From a bacterium (GTDB lineage Bacteria; UBA8248; JACPRG01; G963555815): a stretch of 64,000 nt of DNA. The notes under the pieces are model-generated. The model had not been told where the DNA came from and did not search any database. It was given only the letters and a program-made list of their open reading frames with translations. The first letter of the stretch is position 1; every line of letters starts with the position of its first letter. Location: NCBI GenBank assembly GCA_965261595.1, contig CBDHDG010000005.1:1055736-1119735 (forward strand), given 5' to 3'. Shown here piece by piece: positions 11,020-19,947 of the stretch. The position numbers and the translations under genes are program-made.

Positions 11020-11110
11020 CGCGCTTCGGCCTGTTTGGGAAAGGTACGCCGGTCAATGAGCTCGCATTCGAGCGTGGCGGACAAGCTCTCAGGCATGGCG
11101 TCATCCAGCC
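11020..11110 (-). mobile_element. Short IS3-family transposase fragment
   Basis: [27 protein letters not shown], similar to the IS3 fragment near 33380-33470. Confidence 0.55.
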
Positions 11111-11561
11111 GTCGCCGGCCGGTTTCGAACCATCCTTCGTACCCCACCACCACGCCCAATTCCCACTCCGCCGCATCCATGCCGGATGCCCGGTAGCGGC
11201 CTCTGCAGAGAGAAGATCCACGGCTGAAACCTGACCGCACGAGGCCAGGACAGGCGAACGTTGACCGTGTAACGGCCGGCCCGCCGTCGGTCACCGAGTC
11301 TGGCGGCAGGTCTCTCAAGGGTAGCCTCCAACGCGCGCCGAACCCCCTTCAACAAACCCGGTCCATAGGCACCGATCCAGACTCCCATCCGGCCGTTTGG
11401 CATACGTATCGCCGTCGGGGCGATGGCCGGAGGGTCCGTTCCCCCTGACGTGCGGTGCGCCGCGAAGAGGCCGAGCCGGACCGTGAGGGGGGCGGCGGAC
11501 GGATGTCCCGGGGAGGACATCTCCGCCTCCCGCGACCACCGACCCGAAGGAGGACGAAACC

Positions 11562-11867
11562 ATGCACACGGTCCAGACGCATCCCGGCAACGCAAGCACT
11601 TTCCTCACCCACCTGTTCGGCCAAGGTCTCGATGACGACCGCTACGTGGTCGAGGGCGACATCCGGCCCTTGCGCGCCGGGGGACCGGGGACCAGGGGCC
11701 GGTCCAAGGCGCCGCGGACGATCGTGTCCCGGCAGACGATCCGGAAGATGAGGCCCGCGCGCGACGAGATCATCGTCTGCACCGGACTCAGCCTCCGGAA
11801 CTCCGGCGTCCAGTACTGGGGCTCGATCGCAACGGGATTGTTCTGCGACCGCAAGCAAAAGCGCTAA
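11562..11867 (+). CDS. Hypothetical protein (101 aa)
   Basis: Strong SD (AAGGAGGA) before the ATG. Confidence 0.6.
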   Translation: MHTVQTHPGNASTFLTHLFGQGLDDDRYVVEGDIRPLRAGGPGTRGRSKAPRTIVSRQTIRKMRPARDEIIVCTGLSLRNSGVQYWGSIATGLFCDRKQKR

Positions 11868-11952
11868 GTCGGGTTTTCTGTGCGGACGTCCTGCCGGCCC
11901 GGCGCCGGCCGGGCGTCCTTCGTCCCGATTCCACCCCCGATGGGAGGCGTCC

Positions 11953-12556
11953 ATGCCTTACAGGGACCCCAAGGACCGCCGAAGGATCGGGCGAGAGAGA
12001 AGCAGGCGGCGCTTCAGGGCACATCGAGACGCCGGCCTGTGCACGCGCTGCGGCCACCGTCCTCCCGTCCGGGGCGGCGCTACCTGCCAGATTTGCCGTG
12101 ACGCGCGGCAAGCGGCCGAACGGGAGCAGTATGCCGCCCGGCGGGCAGCGGGCCGGTGTGGCCGATGCGGCGAAACGGCCCTTGACCACGCCTCCCGCTG
12201 CGGTCCCTGCGCGGCCCTCGAGGGCCGCGCGTCATCCACGGAAGAACGCGGTCAGCCGAAGGCGCTACGCCCACAGGCGAGAGAGGTGGCGTTGCACCGA
12301 CTGCGGCGAGCCCTCGCAGGGAGCGGCACGGTGCGTGCCGTGCGCGCACCGGTCCTGGGCGCGCTCGGGCCGGCATCGGGGTCTTCCGATCCTTCCCCCG
12401 CGCTACACCGTGATCGAGGTCGCCACGGGCGAGGACCACGGGACCTGGGACAGCTGGGAGGTGGTGGTCATGTGCCTGGCCTATGCCAGGCTCTCCCTGG
12501 AAGAAGTCGAGATTATTACGGACGCCTCGCCCATGATGACGCTCACCGGATGGTGA
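11953..12556 (+). pseudogene. Arg-rich multi-CxxC (zinc-ribbon-like) protein with a frameshift near 12240
   Basis: GGAGG SD; CTRC, CQIC, CGRC and CGPC in the 11953 frame, continuing as CTDC and CVPC in the 12098 frame. Confidence 0.65.
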
Positions 12557-12586
12557 TAGACGTCTGACACCGGCCGGCCGGACGCC

Positions 12587-13438
12587 TCATCCCGCGGCGA
12601 CCTCGATCAGCAGCCGGCAATGGTCGCTGCGACCCACTCGTCGACTCCGTTGAGCGCTCGAACCTTTACCCTCTCGTGAAAGCCGCGCGAGGCGAAGACG
12701 TAGTCGAGCTGGCGGTCGGCTTTGGCCGCCGACTTGCCGGGCGGATAATACGTCGGGACGTTCCCCGTGCTGGCCGGGACATCGGGCGGTGGGGTTGCCG
12801 CCTGCCTGCCGTTCGGCGCTTGCGGCCCCATGAATTCCAGCCCGAGCGCATCCATCCGCGCCCAGACCGTGCGCTCGCGCTCCGGCAGCGACAGGCTGCG
12901 ACCCGTAGCGCCATAGAACATGTTCAGGTCGCCCGCGGCCAGAATGCGGTGCTTCGAGGGGTCGGTGTGACCGATGAAGGCTGACAGATCCGAGAGGATC
13001 CGGTGCGCCGAAACGTCGGAAGCGCCGGTCCTTCACGGACTCCCGCTCGAGGGATGGGGCTTCATCCAGCGCGCATACATCGAGACCGCCACGAAAGCCT
13101 CTTCCTCATTGTTGCGCGGGATCGCCCTGGCGGCGGCGATGGTCCCGATGCCGCTCACGCCGATGTCGCCCTCACCGACATCGCCGAGCGGGGGGACCTG
13201 CCGGAAGCGCTCGACCTCGACCCGGTCGGACAACCCCACGACCAGGCACCAGCGATCATACAGATGACGGCTCCAGACTACGTCGTCCTTGTTATGGGAG
13301 CAGATGCGCCAGGTCGCCGGGCGGGCTCCCCGCTTCCTGGAGCAAGGCGAGGTCCGCCTCGCCCCGGTCCGCCATCTCCGCGAGCTCGCGCCACGGCTCC
13401 ATGCGTTTGCCGATATTCCAGCTCACGACCCTGATCAC
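12587..13438 (-). pseudogene. Endonuclease/exonuclease/phosphatase (EEP) family, disrupted
   Basis: GTG start with SD; VVSWNI, LLQEAG, AAGDLN, QLDYVF and SDH motifs; frameshifts near 13290 and 12635; stop at 13033-13035. Confidence 0.8.
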
Positions 13439-14031
13439 TGCCAATCCCCCTTTCTCCGGTTGCCATGCTGCGCAGCCGGCCCGCCGTCCTCAGGCTTCAA
13501 CCCCGCCGATCGAGCCACCATCACGGCGCCCGGACCGGCAGGCTTGAGATTATCGCGTAGAGGGCGATTGCGAGCGGGCCGGGCAATCCCGCCACCAGCG
13601 ACGCTGCCACAGCCGCCGGCACCTCAGCGCCAGCGGCAGGCCGTACGGCGCGACCGGGGTCGGTGACCCCGACGAGGTCCGCGGCATCAGCGTCCAGATC
13701 ACGGCCTGGATCCCGAAGCGCAGGGCCGCGGTCGCGACCAGCCCGGCGGCAGCCACAAGAGCGCCAACAACCGGAAGCCGACCCGCTTGGCAAACCCTCC
13801 CTCCCCGGTCAGGTCTGACCCCTTTTGTCTATGCCTCATCTGACCCGAACTCCGAACCGGGCGCAATTCCAGGCGGGTGTCCGTGTGTGTCTCCTCGCTA
13901 TCCGCCACAACGTGTTCTCGCCGTAGAGCCAGAGGGAAGCAAGGGCCGGGCGAACGCCCGGCATGGAGAGGGAGACGGTCTCCCGGTCCCGATGCCGGGA
14001 ACGGCAACTCCCCCGAACAGGAGGCAAGCCC

Positions 14032-14172
14032 ATGCTCGACCAGGACCTCGACCTCGAACTCCCCACAGATGACGAACTGCTCGCCGAGATCGGCCTCGAC
14101 TCTTACACCATCCGCAGGATCCTCACCGAAGCGGTCCATGCCGACACCGGCGAAGGAGAGGAGCTTTTCTAG
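14032..14172 (+). CDS. Small, highly acidic protein (46 aa)
   Basis: AGGAGG SD; MLDQDLDLELPTDDELLAEIGLDSYTIRRILTEAVHADTGEGEELF has 14 D/E versus 2 R. Confidence 0.6.
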   Translation: MLDQDLDLELPTDDELLAEIGLDSYTIRRILTEAVHADTGEGEELF

Positions 14173-14262
14173 GGGGTGAACCAAGGGGCCGGAGAGAGAG
14201 GCTCTCCCCCCTTTTCACATCACCCGTTGTCTTCCACACCCTTAACTCTAAGGAGAATGATC

Positions 14263-14688
14263 ATGGCCTTCGGACTCAATCGCGCTGAAGTGATCGGCCG
14301 CCTCGGCGCCGACGTCACCGTCAACCACCTCACCAGCGGCGGACGCGTGGCCAACCTGTCGATCGCCACCGACGAGGGCTACATCGATAAGCAGACCGGA
14401 GACCGGGTCGACAAGACCGAGTGGCACCGGGTCGTGACCTTCCAGCCCGGGCTGGTGGACATGTTCGAGAAGCACGCGACGAAGGGCCGGCTGGTCTATG
14501 TGGCTGGCAAGCTGCAGACCCGTCGCTGGAAGAAGGACGACGAGGACTCCGACCGGTTCTCGACCGAGATCCTGTTGGTTCCGGGCGGGCGCGTGCAGTT
14601 CCTCGACAAGCCCAACGGCAACGGCGCGCCGGTCGCGGAGGCGGAGACGCCGTCCGCCGATGCGGCGGTGGACGAGATCCCGTTCTGA
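14263..14688 (+). CDS. ssb: Single-stranded DNA-binding protein
   Basis: LNRAEVIGRLGAD, TEWHRVV, GKLQTRRW and acidic DEIPF tail; AAGGAG SD. Confidence 0.95.
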   Translation: MAFGLNRAEVIGRLGADVTVNHLTSGGRVANLSIATDEGYIDKQTGDRVDKTEWHRVVTFQPGLVDMFEKHATKGRLVYVAGKLQTRRWKKDDEDSDRFSTEILLVPGGRVQFLDKPNGNGAPVAEAETPSADAAVDEIPF

Positions 14689-14716
14689 TCGGCCATTCCG
14701 TTTCCTCCCTCTACCT

Positions 14717-14749
14717 GGGCCGGCGCTTCGCGCGTCGGCCCTTTTTCTT
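14717..14749 (+). terminator. Putative intrinsic terminator after ssb
   Basis: GGGCCGGCGC-loop-GCGTCGGCCC followed by TTTTTCTT. Confidence 0.6.
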
Positions 14750-14882
14750 GCTGCCCGTTCCGAGACAGCGCCCGTTCGGGCCTCGCGCCAGCGCTGCGCG
14801 CGGCGCTTCGTCCTCCGGCGCCGGCCGGAGGCGGAGGCCGGCCGGTATCGGGCCTTCCCCGTCCATCCAGAGGAGGCCCGTC

Positions 14883-15917
14883 ATGCCGCCCCCATCGTCC
14901 CGTTCCGCATCTCCCGCCGCCGACATCGCCGCCGCGCTCGGCGCGTGCGCCGAGGCCGTCTGCCGGCGTTACCTGCCCCAGGGCAAAAAGCAGGGCCGGT
15001 ACTGGGTCGCCGGCGATCTCGAAGGCGCTCGCGGCCGCTCGCTCTTCGTCCGCCTGCACGGTCCCGGCGTCCCCGGGAAGTGGACCGACGCGGCCACCGG
15101 AGAGCACGGCGACCTGCTCGATCTCGTCCGGCATCGCTCGGGCGCGCCGACGCTTCGCGCGGCGCTCGCCGAGGCCCGCGCCTCCCTCGCCCTGCCGGCT
15201 CCGCCGGCGCCGGGCGAGGGCTACGACGCAACAGAAGCGGCCCGCCGCCTCTGGCGGCGTTGCCGCGCCATCGGCGGCACCCATGCCGAAGCCTACCTCC
15301 ACGCCCGCGGGCTCGCGCGCTGCCGGTTCCCGGCATTGCGCTTCCATCCCGAGCTTCGCTATCGCGAAGGCTCTTCCCTGCGCCGTTTTCCGGCGCTGGT
15401 CGCCGCCGTGACCGGCGACGACGGCGCCATCCAAGGCGTGCAGCGCACCTGGCTCGATTCGCGCTTGCCCGCCAAGGCGTCCGTGGATGCGGCCCCGCGC
15501 AAGGCGCTCGGCCGCATCCACGGACGCGCCGTGTGCTTCGGCAAGCCCGCCGACGGCGCTTCGCTGCTCGTCGGCGAAGGCATCGAGACGGTGCTGTCGA
15601 TCGTCACCGCGGCGCCCGGGGTCATTTCGGCGGCCGCGCTCTCGGCCGGAAGCCTCGGCGCCTTCGCTCCACCTGGCGGGCTCAAACGGCTCGTCATCGC
15701 CCGCGACAACGATTCCGAGGGCAAACGGGCCGCCCAACGCCTCGCCCGGCGCTGCGCGCGGGCGGGCGTCGCCGCCCACGTCATCGTCTCCGAATACGGC
15801 GACTTCAACGACGACCTGGTTACTCTCGGACCCCGGGCCCTGGCCCTTCGGCTCGCCGCCCTGTTCCCCGCGCCGCAGCGGGTCGGAGAGAGGGAGGGAA
15901 GAGCGGGGGAGGGGTGA
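14883..15917 (+). CDS. Toprim-domain (primase-like) protein
   Basis: AEAYLHARGL, LRFHP, GVQRTWL, LLVGEGIET, IARDND, GDFNDDL; GGAGG SD. Confidence 0.85.
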   Translation: MPPPSSRSASPAADIAAALGACAEAVCRRYLPQGKKQGRYWVAGDLEGARGRSLFVRLHGPGVPGKWTDAATGEHGDLLDLVRHRSGAPTLRAALAEARASLALPAPPAPGEGYDATEAARRLWRRCRAIGGTHAEAYLHARGLARCRFPALRFHPELRYREGSSLRRFPALVAAVTGDDGAIQGVQRTWLDSRLPAKASVDAAPRKALGRIHGRAVCFGKPADGASLLVGEGIETVLSIVTAAPGVISAAALSAGSLGAFAPPGGLKRLVIARDNDSEGKRAAQRLARRCARAGVAAHVIVSEYGDFNDDLVTLGPRALALRLAALFPAPQRVGEREGRAGEG

Positions 15918-15940
15918 ACGGATCGAAAGGAGAAGAGAGC

Positions 15941-16111
15941 ATGGCGCACATCGTCAATCTCAGGCATGCGCCAGCCCTGCGGGCGGCGCTCGCGGCCCTT
16001 CACGGCAAGCCGCTGGCCTTCTGATGCGCGCCGCTGCCCTGCCATGGGCAGGTCCTCGCCCGCGCCGCGGCATGGACGGCCTCCGTCCTGGCGGAACGGA
16101 GGGGAGAGTGA
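15941..16111 (+). pseudogene. DUF4326-like remnant (internal deletion plus stop)
   Basis: MAHIVNLRH...LHGKPLAF*CAPLPCHGQVL resembles the LxGKxLxCWCxPxxCHGxVL motif, with TGA at the Trp position. Confidence 0.6.
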
Positions 16112-16824
16112 AGCGGGAGAGGGGCGAACGCCGCGAGGAGGGAGAGAGAGGGCCCCGGGCACCGGCAACACGGAAGGAGAACCGAAATGCAATCCGTTAC
16201 CTTGAGGAACATCGCCCGTACGAGTCCAGGGTCTACCACGATGGCAATCTCGCCTGCGAGGTTGCGGAGCCACTCGTCGATACGCGTCCGTTGCGGTGAC
16301 GGGCCATGCCGTCTTCGGGCGATCCCTTCGGGCCGGGCTCCCCGCTGCAATCTCCGCTCCGCTCCGATTTCCGCTTCTATCCCTATCGCCTCCGCTCGCT
16401 GGCGCTCGCTGCGCGCTACGCTTGCCGGGCCGGCGCCCGAGACCCGGGTCTCAATTCCGGAACCGCACAGGGCGTCCGGGACAGTGGCAAACAATATCCC
16501 TCTCGACGTGATGGCCCATTGTCCCACACGTGCTCGCTGCGCCAACCCGCTCCGCGGGTCCTACACTACGCTCCGCTCCGTTCCGGCCCTGGCTCGCAAG
16601 GCTACGGCGCTGCGCGCCTAGGCGCGCCAAGAAACGCGACCGAGGCTCCGCGCTCCCTGCGGTCGCTTGTGCGCCCGCACCACTCGCGCCCCTCGCCGCG
16701 CCAGGCCTTGCGGCCACGGTGACTTTGCTGCGCGCGCGTGGGCCACTCAACCATCACGTTCGGAGACTCTCTCCGCACAACGAACCGTAACGGTTCTCAA
16801 CCCTCTACCCGGAAGGAGAGCATC

Positions 16825-17748
16825 ATGCACGATATCGACAACATCTCAGAACAGAACCAGTCCGTCACCGCCACCGTCTGCGACCAGGCGGCTCTCTTCG
16901 GAGCAACCCCGGAGCGCGACGAATTCGACAACCGGGAGGTCTGGGACCCGGAGAACGCCCTCTCCGCCGTCACGGAAGCCTTCCGCATCATGGCACACGG
17001 CGTCGCGCCCGACGGAACGCAACTCGCCGACGAGCGCGAGAGCCTGCTCTGGGGATTCGTCAACATGCTCGACGCCCAGACCCAACGCCTCGACCGCGCG
17101 GCCGACAGGCTCCTCCCCGACATGCGCGACCTCCAGCGAGAGCAGGACGGCTCGGAGATCCGGTCCCGAGAGCTCGAACTCGTCACCGACCGAACCAAGA
17201 ACCTCACGGACCGGCGGGACGCCTTCGAGCAACTCAGAGATGCAGCGGCCGAGGCCTACCGGGTCGAGACCGGAGACCTCTGGCGGCCCCGGCGCGGGTC
17301 CCACACCTCCCAGACCGGCAAGCTCACTTCGGCCATGATCGACGCCCGCGACTTCCAGCGTGCCCGCAGGGACCGCGAGAACAAGGCGCTCCTGCCCCAG
17401 GGAACGCTCGTCGCGGTGGCAGGCGGCAAGCACGCCGGCGACGCAGGCGCCATCATCCGCACCCTCGAGAAGCTCAAGGCCAAGTACGACGATGTGGTCC
17501 TGGTCCACGGCGGCGGCCCCGGCGTCGAGAAGGTCGCGGCCAAGTGGGCGGACCGCAACGGTGTCCACCAGATCGTCTGCAAGCCCGACTGGGACGCACA
17601 CGGACGCGCGGCGCCCTTCCGGCGCAATGACGAGCTGCTCGATCTCCTCCCCAAGGGCGTCATCGCGTTCCCGGGCTCGGGCATCACGGACAATCTGGTC
17701 GACAAGGCGCGCAAGCTCGGTATCCCGGTCCAGTGCGTCGCCGCCTGA
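16825..17748 (+). CDS. DUF2493 / YspA-related SLOG-domain protein
   Basis: VAVAGG, LVHGGGPGVEKVAAKWA, RAAPFRRND, IAFPGSG; GAAGGAG SD. Confidence 0.8.
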   Translation: MHDIDNISEQNQSVTATVCDQAALFGATPERDEFDNREVWDPENALSAVTEAFRIMAHGVAPDGTQLADERESLLWGFVNMLDAQTQRLDRAADRLLPDMRDLQREQDGSEIRSRELELVTDRTKNLTDRRDAFEQLRDAAAEAYRVETGDLWRPRRGSHTSQTGKLTSAMIDARDFQRARRDRENKALLPQGTLVAVAGGKHAGDAGAIIRTLEKLKAKYDDVVLVHGGGPGVEKVAAKWADRNGVHQIVCKPDWDAHGRAAPFRRNDELLDLLPKGVIAFPGSGITDNLVDKARKLGIPVQCVAA

Positions 17749-17762
17749 GTCGAACGACCTCG

Positions 17763-17800
17763 CGGGTCGCGTCGCCACCCGGCGGCGCGGCCCGTTCTTC
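17763..17800 (+). terminator. Putative terminator hairpin
   Basis: CGGGTCGCGTCGCC-ACCC-GGCGGCGCGGCCCG followed by a pyrimidine tract. Confidence 0.5.
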
Positions 17801-18004
17801 CTTCCTTCACGTCCCGCTGCACTGTGCACCGCACCGGTGCGAACCCCACTGCTCACTCCGTCCCGCACTGCTCCATGCACCATGCTCCGCACGGCCGCCC
17901 GCTCAATCGCCGCGGCGGCTCCCCCGCGCGTCCCGCGCCCGCGGAGATCCCCTCTTCGCTCGTTCCTCACATTCTGGTCTGTCGGACGCCGGTCGGCGCT
18001 TTTA

Positions 18005-18045
18005 CTCTCACACCTGACGCAGCAGGCTGCATGCGTACTCCCTGC
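18005..18045 (-). other. Candidate oriT / MOB_F nic site
   Basis: Minus strand GCAGG..CCTGCTGCGTCAGGTGT^GAGAG resembles the IncN nic as I recall it (GCTGCGTTAGGTGT^ATAG); lies in a ~670 bp intergenic region next to an RHH-like gene. Confidence 0.55.
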
Positions 18046-18417
18046 GCGCGCTTGTCCTGCATTCCTGTGCGCAATCAACGACCTGCGGCGACTCCGTGAT
18101 GCCGGAAAAAGTCCTACCAAACTGGTGGCTCGGGGGTATGCGGCGCTATCTCACTGATATCGTTACACTTATCGAAGGGCGCATCGCACCTGGAGTTCGA
18201 GTGAGATCTCAAGCGGCATACGCCCGATACCAGACTGGTCGCGCGCGGATCCGCGCTGCGCTATGATGGCTACCAATTCGGTGGTTCATGAGGTCGCATC
18301 ATTCGGAGGCCTTCACAGTCCGGGACGAGGGCGTCCGGTGTCCAGGAGCAAGGACCATTTCGGTCGTTTCCTGGACCAAAATGGACTGAAGTCTTCACAA
18401 AAGGATCGGCGGAACGG

Positions 18418-18765
18418 ATGGCTCAGACATTGCAAAAGAACATTCGGGCCACGCCCGGGCAATGGAAGAGGATCGAAAAAGAGGCGGAGGAGCGGGGGAT
18501 GTCGGCAAACCAACTCGTGGTCGAGCTCGCGATGGAGGCTCTCGACCACAGGCAGTGGCCCCGCACGGAGCATGAAATCCAGCTCCTTCGGTCGGCGATG
18601 TTCGCGGCCCAGGCCATGGCCCGCGACATGGAGAGGGCCGGACGAGGGGATGAGGTCGAGGAAATCAGCAGGAATATCTCGGCAGTCGCGCCGGAATCGC
18701 CGGGCGAATCATCGGAATCGTCTCAAATTCCGACCAAACCGGAACCCGTCGTGAACGACGAGTAA
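18418..18765 (+). CDS. Putative ribbon-helix-helix DNA-binding protein (possible relaxosome accessory factor)
   Basis: QKNIRATPGQWKRIEKEAEERGMSANQLVVELAMEAL fits a beta-alpha-alpha pattern; adjacent to the candidate oriT. Confidence 0.55.
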   Translation: MAQTLQKNIRATPGQWKRIEKEAEERGMSANQLVVELAMEALDHRQWPRTEHEIQLLRSAMFAAQAMARDMERAGRGDEVEEISRNISAVAPESPGESSESSQIPTKPEPVVNDE

Positions 18766-18926
18766 ACGTTCCTGCCATTTCGAGGCCAATGATCTGCGAA
18801 CCAGTGGACCCTTTACACGGATCCAACCCGCCACTAAAATCGCGGGTAATGTGGGCATGAAAGAGTTGCCACATAGCGCCTACGCTTCACGATGATCACC
18901 CGACTGGCTCAGAAGACGATTTCGGC

Positions 18927-19679
18927 ATGAAGGAACGAACCGACGTCAGCGTTTCACATACTGGCGGAAGACCGCTCGCCCCGTCCAAGACACTCATGGG
19001 CGTAGCCAACAAGAAACAATCGCTACGGCCTCGTGCCAAGTCGCGAAAATTGCAAAGCCAGCTTGTCGATTGTGTTTCTTTTCCCGAGCGTGTTCTTTTT
19101 CTCGATATCGAGACGACCGGTCTTAGCCACTATTATGACGAGATTACCGTCATAGGATGGTCTTTCGGAGGTTGCGCAAAGACGCTTGTCAAGGGGCAGG
19201 ACCCGGGCCTATTGCGTGATGGCCTCACTCGCGCGAAGGCTCTGGTCACCTTCAACGGGATTCGCTTCGACACCAAGTTCATTACGCGGGAATTTCCAGA
19301 GATGATTCTTCCGGAATCGCATGTTGACCTCAGGTATCTTTGCCGCCGGGTCGGTTTGACGGGCGGACAGAAGGCAATCGAAAACGAGCTGGGCATTGGT
19401 TTTCGCGATGATTCCACCAACATGGACGGCGCTGCGGCAGTCATGCTCTGGCATCGGTACCTTCGCGGCGACCGCGGTGCGTTGCAAAAACTCATTCACT
19501 ACAACCGGGTCGATATCGCGGCCATGGGGACAATCCTTGACGAAGCCGTCACTCGTCTTAGAACACAGTTGGATCTCCTCATTGAAAACGTGTGTTTTCA
19601 AGACTGGTCGGCGCCGCGAGGCTGGCAGACAGTGCCCAAGGTCTCATTGCCGCCTCGCGAACTGACGGAGCGACGCTAA
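18927..19679 (+). CDS. RNase_H_2 (YprB-like) DEDDy 3'-5' exonuclease domain; probably a truncated fusion with a DUF429-like domain
   Basis: FLDIETTG, VTFNGIRFD, HVDL, YNRVD; out-of-frame IVGIDLTGSEE* at 19726-19761; start uncertain. Confidence 0.75.
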   Translation: MKERTDVSVSHTGGRPLAPSKTLMGVANKKQSLRPRAKSRKLQSQLVDCVSFPERVLFLDIETTGLSHYYDEITVIGWSFGGCAKTLVKGQDPGLLRDGLTRAKALVTFNGIRFDTKFITREFPEMILPESHVDLRYLCRRVGLTGGQKAIENELGIGFRDDSTNMDGAAAVMLWHRYLRGDRGALQKLIHYNRVDIAAMGTILDEAVTRLRTQLDLLIENVCFQDWSAPRGWQTVPKVSLPPRELTERR

Positions 19680-19774
19680 GAGTATTCTCCGACCTGTTCG
19701 GTGCCGGTTCTTTCTCAGGTTTCGTATCGTCGGAATCGATCTTACGGGCTCCGAGGAGTGAGCCAGCGGAAAGC

Positions 19775-19850
19775 TTCAATGGCCCGGCGGGTCTATTACA
19801 ACTCTTCCAGGCCGCATTCGCGCCCTCGGCTATCAAACGCCGGCGACTTG
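19775..19850 (+). mobile_element. Tiny IS3-like transposase C-terminal scar
   Basis: YYNSSRPHS / ALGYQTPA read across a frameshift. Confidence 0.4.
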
Positions 19851-19947
19851 GCCGGGCAACGTTGCTCTTGAGACTATGCTCGAAACCGAAAACTCTCAAA
19901 CAACATGACCCTAAAGACGGTGAAATGGTAACCGACGGGGATAATGG

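Noticed and set aside
13033..16024. TGA at apparent Trp positions in two genes, suggesting a recoded genetic code
   Set aside because: Both genes have other lesions, and many intact genes end in TGA; simple TGG-to-TGA mutations explain it
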